Below the pieces are notes generated by a model. It had not been told where the DNA came from and did no database searches. It saw only the letters and a list, made by a program, of their open reading frames with translations. Below are positions 19,135 through 27,935 of a stretch of DNA of 46,228 nucleotides, piece after piece. Both the position numbers and the translations under genes were made by a program. Source of the DNA: a virus (lineage: Duplodnaviria; Caudoviricetes). Numbering within the stretch: the first letter of the stretch is position 1; every line of letters starts with the position of its first letter. The stretch spans positions 1-46,228 of the IMG/VR virus record IMGVR_UViG_3300043446_003463; one strand, given 5' to 3'.

Positions 19135-19716
19135 TTATTTGTAGCCCTTCTGATACACAAGACGACTGAAAAAGCCTCGGGCCTCAGACATGCTATGGAA
19201 GACAAACTTATGCCCTTTGAATTTACTGTACATCTTACCGATAGTATTGGCATCCAACGAAAACGTGCCGATGGGTTCCAGTTTATTCGGGTTGCTCATA
19301 AATATCAGATAGGCCGTTGTCGTATTCCACGGTTTGAAGATGACCGCATCCTGCTGATACTTCGCGCCCGCTTTCTTGAGAAAGCCCTTGAGGTTTCCCG
19401 AGTCGTCCCCTTCACTTCCAATCACTAGGAACGATTCTTCCACCACCTGACGTTCTTCGGGGGTGCCTTCATTTTCGGGCCATGAACCTTGTACACGCAG
19501 ATAACCGAACCCCGCTTGACGAATATCGGTTTGTAGTTGTCGGTTACGCCCACGATTCTGGGCGACGGGAACGGAACTGCCGCCGCGGAATGCGGTGACG
19601 AACCCGATGTTGCGGTGTTGAATGTGCGAAAGAATCCGCGATAATCCGGCCTCATCGAGTTGCTGCCACTCAGCGGATGTTTCGTCGAGATATTCTAAAA
19701 AGGAAGGAACTGCCAT
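19135..19716 (-). CDS. Putative SAM lyase (T3 gp0.3/SAMase-like) with capsid-targeting-like N-terminus
   Basis: VTAFR...N..R...L...G.W.E...EES...QQDAVIFK..TTAYLI resembles T3 SAMase as I recall it (VSAFR, N..R, G.Y.E, EE, EQDCVLVY); N-terminus PSFLEYLDE. Confidence 0.6.
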   Translation of the reverse strand: MAVPSFLEYLDETSAEWQQLDEAGLSRILSHIQHRNIGFVTAFRGGSSVPVAQNRGRNRQLQTDIRQAGFGYLRVQGSWPENEGTPEERQVVEESFLVIGSEGDDSGNLKGFLKKAGAKYQQDAVIFKPWNTTTAYLIFMSNPNKLEPIGTFSLDANTIGKMYSKFKGHKFVFHSMSEARGFFSRLVYQKGYK

Positions 19717-19728
19717 ACTAAATTCAGA

Positions 19729-19953
19729 TTACTTGGTCGCGTTGCGAAACGCCGTTTGGTTGAAATTGGGATTATCTCGCTTGAACGCCACACCTAATTC
19801 ATCAATAAGCGAGTCCAATACCGTGTCGAGTTGGTCGGCGCGGGGATGTCCTGCGTGTTGATGCCGCACTTTCTTAATGGCATCCGCAATTGTGACGTAG
19901 TGCTGGCGCGTGAAGGCTTCCGACAAATGGGTAGTAAATGACTTAATGGGCAT
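19729..19953 (-). CDS. Small hypothetical protein with capsid-targeting-like N-terminus
   Basis: MPIKSFTTHLSEA; FKRDNPNFNQTAF; ATAAATA at 19970-19976 and AAGGAG SD. Confidence 0.7.
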   Translation of the reverse strand: MPIKSFTTHLSEAFTRQHYVTIADAIKKVRHQHAGHPRADQLDTVLDSLIDELGVAFKRDNPNFNQTAFRNATK

Positions 19954-19972
19954 AATAACTCCTTACACATAT

Positions 19973-20245
19973 TTATGAAGTGAAATAATTTGAGGACAAC
20001 CACAGTGCGACCTGCGCACCCAATGCCCCACCAAGCGCATACGCCCCCTGTTCCAGGCGTGTTTTTGCGTCAATGATTTGTTTAATAGAAGTGAACCCGA
20101 TGACCGCAATAAGGATATCCGTCACGAAGGTCAGCACATAATTTATCTCTGCCACGGCGCGCATATTGAACGTCACGATGAGAAAGCCAAAAAATTCTAG
20201 GATGAAGAGAAATGCGGCGCGGTGTAAGGAGGACTGTGTGTTCAT
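19973..20245 (-). CDS. Small multi-pass membrane protein
   Basis: Three hydrophobic segments; YALGGALG. Confidence 0.65.
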   Translation of the reverse strand: MNTQSSLHRAAFLFILEFFGFLIVTFNMRAVAEINYVLTFVTDILIAVIGFTSIKQIIDAKTRLEQGAYALGGALGAQVALWLSSNYFTS

Positions 20246-20259
20246 TGTGTGCGACCTGT

Positions 20260-20299
20260 AAAAACAAAACGCCACGGGAACTCGCGATTCCCGTGGCGT
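20260..20299 (-). terminator. Rho-independent terminator
   Basis: 12-bp stem (20269-20280 with 20288-20299) followed on the minus strand by TTTGTTTTT. Confidence 0.85.
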
Positions 20300-20715
20300 C
20301 GGTCCGTTACTAATATGTCAAGCGAGACCTTCTACGGACAAGTTTCCTCTCGCTTGGTCTACTCTCGTCGGTGTATCCGAATCCGAGTTACCACGGCTGG
20401 CGTCGTCGTGCGCTTCTGCCGAAACTTGGGGAGTGCAAGTTTCGTTCGTGGCCATGAGCGTCTCCACACTCACGTTTCGACGGTACGCATTCTCCTAGCG
20501 CGACGCATCATTCTAATAGGTTCTTGTTGAGTACAGAACCGTTCGTCCGCTACACGGCTTCGGAGTAATGCCGCACTGGGCCTAAAACGGTTTTACTTCG
20601 CCCAGTCGAAGTGCGTAGAATAGGAGTGCTAATCTACGCAAAGAGTACCCGTCTCTGCCCTAATGTCACGCTTACGGGTGAAAGGTGATCCTACCGCTAG
20701 GCAGTTCACGACCAG
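20260..20715 (-). ncRNA. Candidate large structured non-coding RNA (about 450 nt), family unknown
   Basis: No credible ORF; ATAAATA late promoter at 20720-20726, terminator at the far end, six clear hairpins and a 5' pseudoknot. Confidence 0.6.
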
Positions 20716-20800
20716 TCATTATTTATCCCACCGCACGTCAGACTGGCAATTAAGTGCGAGTGGGAGACGAGGGAGGACGATGCCTCCCCCGTCGTGAGGA

Positions 20801-21070
20801 TTACGCGAAGAGCGAAGCGCCGACGAGACGAGCCGCAGCGGCGACCATCGCACGGCTCGGCGTACCGAGACGATAGACCGGCGTGGACACACCGTTGATG
20901 GTCTTGTTGTTCTTGTAGATGGCATAGCCATCCTGACGCAGCTCCGTGATGAGGAACCGTGCCCGCGAATCACTCACGTTCAGACGATTGGCAATCTGAT
21001 TCGTGGTGAAGTCATAACCGCTGTTGAACGCAGTAACGAGACGATCCTTCTGAGACTTACGAGTAGCCAT
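20801..21070 (-). CDS. Winged-helix DNA-binding protein
   Basis: FTTNQIANRLNVSDSRARFLITELRQDGYAIY...YRLGTPSR; upstream TTGCAG-N16-TATACT promoter. Confidence 0.8.
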   Translation of the reverse strand: MATRKSQKDRLVTAFNSGYDFTTNQIANRLNVSDSRARFLITELRQDGYAIYKNNKTINGVSTPVYRLGTPSRAMVAAAARLVGASLFA

Positions 21071-21169
21071 AGTGTATTCTATACCCTGTTGTATTTCGCC
21101 TTTGTTTACGTTACTGCGACGGGCGAGAACGAACGCAGTAACGACTTACAAGAATAAGTATAGCACGGT

Positions 21170-21628
21170 TTAGCGAGACTGCAACATCTTTTTGTCGGCA
21201 AGTTCCTGCTTGAACACAATCTGACGGCGGTAGTATGCCATTGCGCACTCCAGACACTTGCCCGCCGCTGATGCCTGCGGACGATCTTTATGCTCACACT
21301 TGGTCGCCATCGGCACCATTGAGAGATTGGATGCTGGTGACTGCGGTACTGCCGGAGTGTATGCGACGGGCAAAAGCGGTGCCGACGAACCGCGTGAGGA
21401 CATGGGCAGACCAGAACGCATCCCTTTGCGGTCGCGGGATTGCAACCACCGATGCTGTGCCGGTGAGACGACTTGAAAGACGGGGGCCGTCTTGTGTTCC
21501 CACGTCATATACCCTTTGACGGGTTGCTCGGTCGAGCAGGCCACACAGGTCGTCGCGGCAGGAAGGGCTGCCACACGAGCCGGGGCAATGGGTTCGTGAC
21601 ACGTTTTACACCGTCGCATACGAGACAT
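21170..21628 (-). CDS. TraR/DksA-type C4 zinc-finger protein
   Basis: CKTCHEPIAPARVAALPAATTCVAC; second Cys cluster CEH...CLEC; start 21628 or 21619. Confidence 0.75.
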   Translation of the reverse strand: MSRMRRCKTCHEPIAPARVAALPAATTCVACSTEQPVKGYMTWEHKTAPVFQVVSPAQHRWLQSRDRKGMRSGLPMSSRGSSAPLLPVAYTPAVPQSPASNLSMVPMATKCEHKDRPQASAAGKCLECAMAYYRRQIVFKQELADKKMLQSR

Positions 21629-21787
21629 AGTATATCCGATGACCCGTCCAAACACAAGTCCTTCGTGGAACCGTGGCAGTTTGCTATATACTAATAGTAA
21701 TCGCCGGTAACTCGGCACCCTCCGTGCGCGGGTGGCGTACGAACTAATAACGGCAGCGATGCTCGTTGTATTTTAGGAGAAACGAAT

Positions 21788-22255
21788 ATGGCAAATTTCG
21801 TCTATAATTATGGCAAGTTCCTTTTGGCAAACGGTAGTTTAAACTTGCTCACCGACAACATCGCGCTGTTGTTAGTGACGCCGGGCTATGAAGCGTCGAA
21901 CACCATTGCGAACCTCGCGGACGCGAACACCGTCCATGAGATCGCATCATACGAACTCACGACGGGTACTGTGTCTGGGTACGCACGGTATGCGCTCGCT
22001 ACCAAGTCCGTGTCGGAAACGGATGACGGCGGTACCTCGAACGGCTTTGCGTTCTTCAAGGCGGCGAACGTGACGTTCTCGTCGCTCGGTACTGGTAACA
22101 CGGTGGGTGGTTGCGTCCTGATTCGTCAGGGTGCGGATAACAATGCTTGCCCGCTCATCGCGTTCTACGACGTGGTGGACACCCCGACCAACGGTGGTGA
22201 TATCACGATTCAGTGGGCGTCGGACGCCAACGGTGGCGTGCTGAAACTCGCGTAA
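21788..22255 (+). CDS. Putative high-copy fibre subunit
   Basis: LLLVT..Y...E....GYAR..L...A.NVTF...LIAFYD...PTNGGDITIQW...GVLKL pattern of small phage tail/fibre proteins; AGGAGA SD; own terminator. Confidence 0.65.
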   Translation: MANFVYNYGKFLLANGSLNLLTDNIALLLVTPGYEASNTIANLADANTVHEIASYELTTGTVSGYARYALATKSVSETDDGGTSNGFAFFKAANVTFSSLGTGNTVGGCVLIRQGADNNACPLIAFYDVVDTPTNGGDITIQWASDANGGVLKLA

Positions 22256-22282
22256 TAGTTGTCTCCCCTCTCGTAATATCCC

Positions 22283-22320
22283 AACGCGCCGGCGGTCCTC
22301 GTCGGCGCGTTTTTTCTTTC
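22283..22320 (+). terminator. Rho-independent terminator after the 155-aa gene
   Basis: AACGCGCCGGCG-loop-CGTCGGCGCGTT followed by TTTTCTTTC. Confidence 0.85.
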
Positions 22321-22333
22321 CCTAAATATCCGT

Positions 22334-23809
22334 ATGGCAGCATCATATCCGACCACCGCAAAATCGTTTACGACGAAAAACAATGTCACCGACACGGTGG
22401 ATGCGTCGCATATTAATGATATTCAGTCTGAAGTGACGGCGGTGGAGACCGATCTGTTGAGTGCGACTCCGACCTATATCACCAAAGTCACCACAGGAAT
22501 CAATGCGTCGGCTCTCTCAACGGGCACACTCCCAGACGCCCGCTTGTCGGGGTCGTATACCAACGTCACTGCCCTCACCAGTAGCAACGGCACCTTCACC
22601 AATGTGCTCACCATCAACGCGGCCGTCATAACCGGAACTTTCACCGCCAACGGCGCGAATGGGAGCAGTGGTCAAGTGCTCACCACGAACGGTAGTGGGC
22701 TGTACTGGTCTACAGTATCTGGCGGGGGTGGTGGTGAAACCTCCAATAGCACGGGTGGGTCAGGGTCAATTCAGTATTACAACGGCACGACGTTTGGATC
22801 GTCCGCTAACTTGGTTTTCACGGGCACGACGGTGTTTGTGGGAAATAGCACCGCGAACGGCATCTACGGGCAGCAATCGCTCACGGTGGCGAATAGCACC
22901 AGCAGCGCCACGTTGAATGCAGGCACCTTGGTACTAGGCACGGGGAGTATCAATAGCACCGCGTATACCGGCACGGCGAACAATAGCACCTATGCGTTTG
23001 GAAAATCCGAGAACCAACTCAACGTCAATAGTGCGACGCAAGCCACGAATGCGACTAATCTGAATAGTCAGCCTGCGAGTTACTACACGAACGCCAGCAA
23101 TCTGGCGACGGGCACCTTGGCGATTGCACGGCTTGATGCAAACGTTATTTTGACCACGAGCACTACCGGCATTAATGCTTCGGCGCTCTCCACGGGCACC
23201 GTACCCAACGCACGATTAGATAGTAACATCATCTATACGACAAGCACCACTGGTATTAATGCGTCAGCCTTGTCTACAGGCACCGTACCCAATGCACGGC
23301 TAGACAGCAACATTATCTACACTACCAGCACGACGGGCATCAACGCTTCCGCACTGTCAGTCGGCACCGTGCCCAATGCCCGCTTGTCCGGATCCTACAC
23401 GGGCATCACGGCGCTCACGGTGTCTAATACTGTGACGATGGCGCGAGCGATTGAAAACTTTCAAACCTACGTCAACACAATCTCGGGCACACCCACGGTC
23501 ACATTCGACTGTACGACAGGCAATATTTGGAACATCACAGGCACTATTTCGAGCAACTGGACGGCCAACTTCACGAACCTCGGCTTAGCCAATAGTTACA
23601 CCACGGGCGTCACGCTTATTGTGAATCAAAACACGACCGCGTATCTGCCTACCGCAGTACAGATCGAAGGGAATGCCGTGACCCTCAACTGGCAAGCCGG
23701 CACACAACCGACACCCAACGCCAATAAGAAAGATATCTTTGCGTTCAGTGTGCTTCAGACGGGCGCCAGCACCTATTTGGTGATGGGTCAACTCGTCTCC
23801 TTCGGATAA
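22334..23809 (+). CDS. Tail-fibre-like protein
   Basis: ASYPT...DASHINDIQSEV.AVE N-terminus; GQVLTTNGSG.YW; tandem TTGINASALSTGTVPNARL repeats; C-terminal VTLIVNQ...W.AG..PT...DIFAF domain. Confidence 0.75.
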   Translation: MAASYPTTAKSFTTKNNVTDTVDASHINDIQSEVTAVETDLLSATPTYITKVTTGINASALSTGTLPDARLSGSYTNVTALTSSNGTFTNVLTINAAVITGTFTANGANGSSGQVLTTNGSGLYWSTVSGGGGGETSNSTGGSGSIQYYNGTTFGSSANLVFTGTTVFVGNSTANGIYGQQSLTVANSTSSATLNAGTLVLGTGSINSTAYTGTANNSTYAFGKSENQLNVNSATQATNATNLNSQPASYYTNASNLATGTLAIARLDANVILTTSTTGINASALSTGTVPNARLDSNIIYTTSTTGINASALSTGTVPNARLDSNIIYTTSTTGINASALSVGTVPNARLSGSYTGITALTVSNTVTMARAIENFQTYVNTISGTPTVTFDCTTGNIWNITGTISSNWTANFTNLGLANSYTTGVTLIVNQNTTAYLPTAVQIEGNAVTLNWQAGTQPTPNANKKDIFAFSVLQTGASTYLVMGQLVSFG

Positions 23810-23810
23810 T

Positions 23811-24635
23811 ATGCCACTTGTTACCTCTAGTTACAATCGGTCGTTTTACGCAGGCAGCCGGCCGTTCGTGATTACGAGCCTCGCCCAACTCCCTAACCTT
23901 GAAGTCGGCTATTCCGCTGGCATTATTGATGCATCGACGTTCAATAACGGATTGATTACCAGTGGCACCGAAATTACGTCGTGGCATAACTCGGGGGGTC
24001 TCTCCTCACACGACTGGAACTCCACCGGTGGTCAACGACCTGAATGGTATAGCGGTCTACAAAATGGGCACGGTGCTGTGCGATTCAACAACACCACCGC
24101 CGGTACTCCAAGTGGTGAAGATGCCGACACAAATGAAAATCTCACCATCAATCCCGTCACCTATCTCCAATCGCTCAGTGGCGCCACACAAGTGATTGCG
24201 TTTCGCACCTTATCCACCGCCACGGGTACTCGCTATTGCTGCTCTTCTGATGTGAATGGCTTTCAGTGGGGACAAAACGGCACGACGTGGATTGGTGGGT
24301 TCGCGGGGGCGACGTTCACCGTGAATACGCTTGTTGCGGATACCAACTTTCATATTGTCTCGTTGTGGTATGACGGATCACAGACGGGTAATGCGAATCG
24401 CTTGAAAGTGCGATTGGATGGTGTGCCGACCACGCTCACCTTCACGGGCACGGTGGGCGCAGCGACTTCTGCTGCCGCCAAATATTTTTATGGGGGTGCG
24501 ACGGGCACCTCGTCTTCCAACCAGTCCAACTTCTGGATCGGAGATATTGGTGATTTGTTTATTTGGACCCGCACCCTCACGTCGCCCGAACTCTTGGCGG
24601 CCGAAGATTATTTGATGAACTATTGGGCGATTTAA
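23811..24635 (+). CDS. LamG/concanavalin-like beta-sandwich protein (putative adhesin)
   Basis: ITSWHNSGG, RPEW...NG..AVRF, FHIVSLWYDG, VRLDG, WIGDIGDLFIWTRTL...EDYLMNYW. Confidence 0.7.
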   Translation: MPLVTSSYNRSFYAGSRPFVITSLAQLPNLEVGYSAGIIDASTFNNGLITSGTEITSWHNSGGLSSHDWNSTGGQRPEWYSGLQNGHGAVRFNNTTAGTPSGEDADTNENLTINPVTYLQSLSGATQVIAFRTLSTATGTRYCCSSDVNGFQWGQNGTTWIGGFAGATFTVNTLVADTNFHIVSLWYDGSQTGNANRLKVRLDGVPTTLTFTGTVGAATSAAAKYFYGGATGTSSSNQSNFWIGDIGDLFIWTRTLTSPELLAAEDYLMNYWAI

Positions 24636-24665
24636 CCGGCATCCTAAATATACTGGGATACGACT

Positions 24666-26600
24666 ATGCCATTACCTGATTTACTATCAACGAGTAACAC
24701 ATTCCGTCAGTGGTTGGCCACGACGAATAATCTTATCAGCCACGTCGATAATACGAGCGTATATATTTTGGTGTCCCAAAACGCTACGCCTCGCGTGTCC
24801 ACGGGCAATGCTGCGATTAATGGCACATTGACGATTGGCGCCACGGTTGCAAATACCACGACGGTTAGTGCGACTAATCTTGCCGGTAATGGTGCATCGG
24901 TCACTTCTGTGAATGCTGTAGCGTTGGGTGGTAAAACCGAAGCCAATCTCAATGTGAATAGCGCGACACAGGCAACAAACGCAACGAATCTGAATAGTCA
25001 GCCTGGGTCATACTATACAAACGCCAGTAATTTGGGCACAGGAACAGTTGCCGATGCGCGTATTTCTGGAGCGTATACTGGCGTTACGTCGTTGGCGTTA
25101 GGCGCGAATGTCACTGCAAATCTTACAACCGTGTTTGTGGGGAACAGTACTGCGAATGCTAGTCATACCGCCACATCACTCTCTGTCGCGAATAGTACCA
25201 ACACGGCGACACTGACCCCGGTATCACTGACGATTGGCACACAGGTCGCGAATACGACGGGATTCTATGCTGGCGCGAATGTATATGCGAATACGACGAC
25301 GGTGTTCTTTGGAAACACTACAGCAAATACCGTCGCAACATCCACTTCGGTTGCGATTGCCAACAGCACAAATACCGCCACGTTGACGCCGATATCGTTG
25401 ACGATTGGTACGCAAGTCGCGAATACGATTGGATTTTATTCGGGTGCCAACGTCTATGCGAATACGACGACGGTGTTCCTCGGCAATAGTACGGCAAATA
25501 CGGTCGCGACCAGTACTTCATTTGCTGTTGCGAATAGTACGAATACCGCGACACTCACACCGATATCACTGACGATAGGCACCACTGTCGTTAACACCAC
25601 CGCAGTCACTATCGGTGGTGGTACAGCACTCACGACATTGAGCACAACGGGTATTAATGCGTCAGCTCTTTCCACCGGTACGGTACCTGATGGTCGTATT
25701 TCCGGTGCTTATACCGGCGTAACTTCATTAGCACTTGGCGCAAACGTCGTGGCCAATGTGACCACTGTATTTGTCGGGAACAGTACCGCCAACGTTAGTC
25801 ATACCGCCACATCACTCTCTGTGGCCAACAGCACAAATACCGCCACGTTGACGCCGATATCGTTGACGATTGGTACGCAAGTCGCGAACACCATCGGCTT
25901 CTACGCCGGCGCCAACGTCTATGCGAACACGACGACGGTGTTCTTTGGAAACTCAACGGTCAACTCTGTCCATACGGCGACTTCATTGTCAGTAGCCAAT
26001 AGTACAAACGCCGCAACGTTGACCCCGATATCTTTGACAATTGGTACACAAGTCGCAAATACCATCGGTTTTTACGCTGGTGCAAACGTTTATGCTAATA
26101 CCACGACCGTGTTCTTTGGGAACTCGACCGTTAACTCAGTGCATACCGCCACGTCATTATCTGTCGCGAATAGTACCAATACCGCCACGTTAACGCCGAT
26201 TTCTTTGACGATTGGCGGCACAGTTACAAATACAACAACGGTGTTCCTCGGAAACAGCACAGTTAATAGTGTGGCTACGGCAACGTCAATTGCAGTTGCC
26301 AACAGCACAAATACAGCGACCCTAACGCCCATCTCGTTGACGATTGGCACTCAGGTTACTAATACCGTTGGATTTTATGCGGGTGCGAACGTCTATGCGA
26401 ATACGACGACCGTATTCTTCGGAAACAGTACCGTCAACTCGGTCCATACCGCCACATCGTTGTCCGTGGCGAATAGTACCAACACCGCGACATTGACAGC
26501 GATTTCATTGTCCATCGGCTTACAAGTCATTAACACCGCCGGCGTATTCTCCAACTCGGCGCTCGTCATTCCAGTCGGGCTAAATAAGTACGCAACCTAA
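24666..26600 (+). CDS. Asn/Thr-rich repetitive fibre protein
   Basis: NTFRQWLATTNNLI N-terminus; recurring ~58-aa unit ANSTNTATLTPISLTIGTQVANTIGFYAGANVYANTTTVFFGNSTVNSVHTATSLSV. Confidence 0.75.
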   Translation: MPLPDLLSTSNTFRQWLATTNNLISHVDNTSVYILVSQNATPRVSTGNAAINGTLTIGATVANTTTVSATNLAGNGASVTSVNAVALGGKTEANLNVNSATQATNATNLNSQPGSYYTNASNLGTGTVADARISGAYTGVTSLALGANVTANLTTVFVGNSTANASHTATSLSVANSTNTATLTPVSLTIGTQVANTTGFYAGANVYANTTTVFFGNTTANTVATSTSVAIANSTNTATLTPISLTIGTQVANTIGFYSGANVYANTTTVFLGNSTANTVATSTSFAVANSTNTATLTPISLTIGTTVVNTTAVTIGGGTALTTLSTTGINASALSTGTVPDGRISGAYTGVTSLALGANVVANVTTVFVGNSTANVSHTATSLSVANSTNTATLTPISLTIGTQVANTIGFYAGANVYANTTTVFFGNSTVNSVHTATSLSVANSTNAATLTPISLTIGTQVANTIGFYAGANVYANTTTVFFGNSTVNSVHTATSLSVANSTNTATLTPISLTIGGTVTNTTTVFLGNSTVNSVATATSIAVANSTNTATLTPISLTIGTQVTNTVGFYAGANVYANTTTVFFGNSTVNSVHTATSLSVANSTNTATLTAISLSIGLQVINTAGVFSNSALVIPVGLNKYAT

Positions 26601-26621
26601 TAGTGTGAGGATGTATTCTGA

Positions 26622-27932
26622 ATGGCGAAACAAGCAGGCAGTTTATGGGTCTACAATACCGAATTACATTATGTGGACCAATTCAATCAAGAATGGTATT
26701 TTATCGGCACATCTGTCGGTACTCCTGCTGGCGCCAAAGTTGGTAGTCTGTGGATTGACGGTACCGATTTTCATTACATTGATAGCGCCGGCGCCGACCG
26801 CACACTGCCTGCATCTTTGATCGGTGCAGCAACAGCCCGTCAAGGATCTATTTGGATTCAAACGTCCGCAGCGAATAATTCATCCCTTCACTATATCGCA
26901 AATACCGCAAGCAACAACGAGTACGCTGCTCATAGTGACACCGCCCATACGGACGCACACACAGACACGGCGCACACAGACGCGCATACCGACACGGCGC
27001 ACACAGACGCGCATACCGACACGGCGCACACCGACGCACACACAGACACGGCCCATACGGACGCACACACAGACACGGCCCATACGGACGCACACACAGA
27101 CACGGCCCATACGGATGCGCACACGGACACCGCGCACACCGACGCGCACACCGATATTGCGCATACCGATGCCCATACGGACATTGCGCATTCGGACGCG
27201 CATTATGATGCTCCGTTCAGTAGTTCACATTCGAATGCGCATACCGATGCCCCGTTCAGTAGTTCACATTCGAATGCACATACCGATAACACTGATTATT
27301 CACCGGGGTTTGTAGGGCCTGGATATGCGATTCGTGGATGTAGTTGTTATTCCGAATATTATGTGGGGTATCAGCCATCACCACAAGCCTGTGCGAGTTA
27401 TTGTGTTGCAAACTATAACAATTGTTATCTCGCCGCGGAATGGTATCAGGACGGGTCTTGTTGGTGCGAGCCAAACTGCGGGGATTGTTATGCAGCAGAC
27501 GGATATGGCGGCTGGACTGCGCTGCTACTTACATGCTATACCACCCCAATATATACCAATAGTCATAGCAATGCACATTATGATGCCCCGTTCAGTAGTT
27601 CACATTCAAACGCACATTATGATGCCCCGTTCAGTAGTTCGCACACCAATGTGGCACGAAATATATCACACAGTGACGTGTCCAGAGTTGCCACTCATAA
27701 TGATATTTCATTTGTAAATAGTCACAATGACGTGTCATTCGTGAATAGTCACAATGACGTGTCATTCGTGAATAGCCATAGTGACGTATCGTTTGTAAAT
27801 AGTCACAATGATGTCTCGTTCGTGAATAGTCATAGTGACGTATCGTTTGGAAACAGTCATAATGATGTCTCATTCGTAAACAGTCATAGTGACGTATCCC
27901 ACGTTGATCAACCCACGTTTGTTGGAGTATAA
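26622..27932 (+). CDS. His-rich repeat protein with central Cys-rich domain (putative metal-binding needle adhesin)
   Basis: Three GS(L/I)W..T..HY(I/V) units; (HTDTAHTDA)n; Cys-rich core; (HNDVSFVNS)n. Confidence 0.8.
   Translation: MAKQAGSLWVYNTELHYVDQFNQEWYFIGTSVGTPAGAKVGSLWIDGTDFHYIDSAGADRTLPASLIGAATARQGSIWIQTSAANNSSLHYIANTASNNEYAAHSDTAHTDAHTDTAHTDAHTDTAHTDAHTDTAHTDAHTDTAHTDAHTDTAHTDAHTDTAHTDAHTDTAHTDAHTDIAHTDAHTDIAHSDAHYDAPFSSSHSNAHTDAPFSSSHSNAHTDNTDYSPGFVGPGYAIRGCSCYSEYYVGYQPSPQACASYCVANYNNCYLAAEWYQDGSCWCEPNCGDCYAADGYGGWTALLLTCYTTPIYTNSHSNAHYDAPFSSSHSNAHYDAPFSSSHTNVARNISHSDVSRVATHNDISFVNSHNDVSFVNSHNDVSFVNSHSDVSFVNSHNDVSFVNSHSDVSFGNSHNDVSFVNSHSDVSHVDQPTFVGV
26932..27200 (+). repeat. 27-bp coding tandem repeat (HTDTAHTDA), about 10 units
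   Basis: e.g. CACACAGACACGGCCCATACGGACGCA repeated with synonymous variation. Confidence 0.85.
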
Positions 27933-27935
27933 CGT

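Noticed and set aside
20300-20715. tRNA, tmRNA or RNase P identity for the structured region; ORF 20249-20530
   Set aside because: No T-arm/CCA end, tmRNA termini or RNase P P4 consensus recognised; the plus-strand ORF lacks start signals and is antisense to the promoter-terminator unit.
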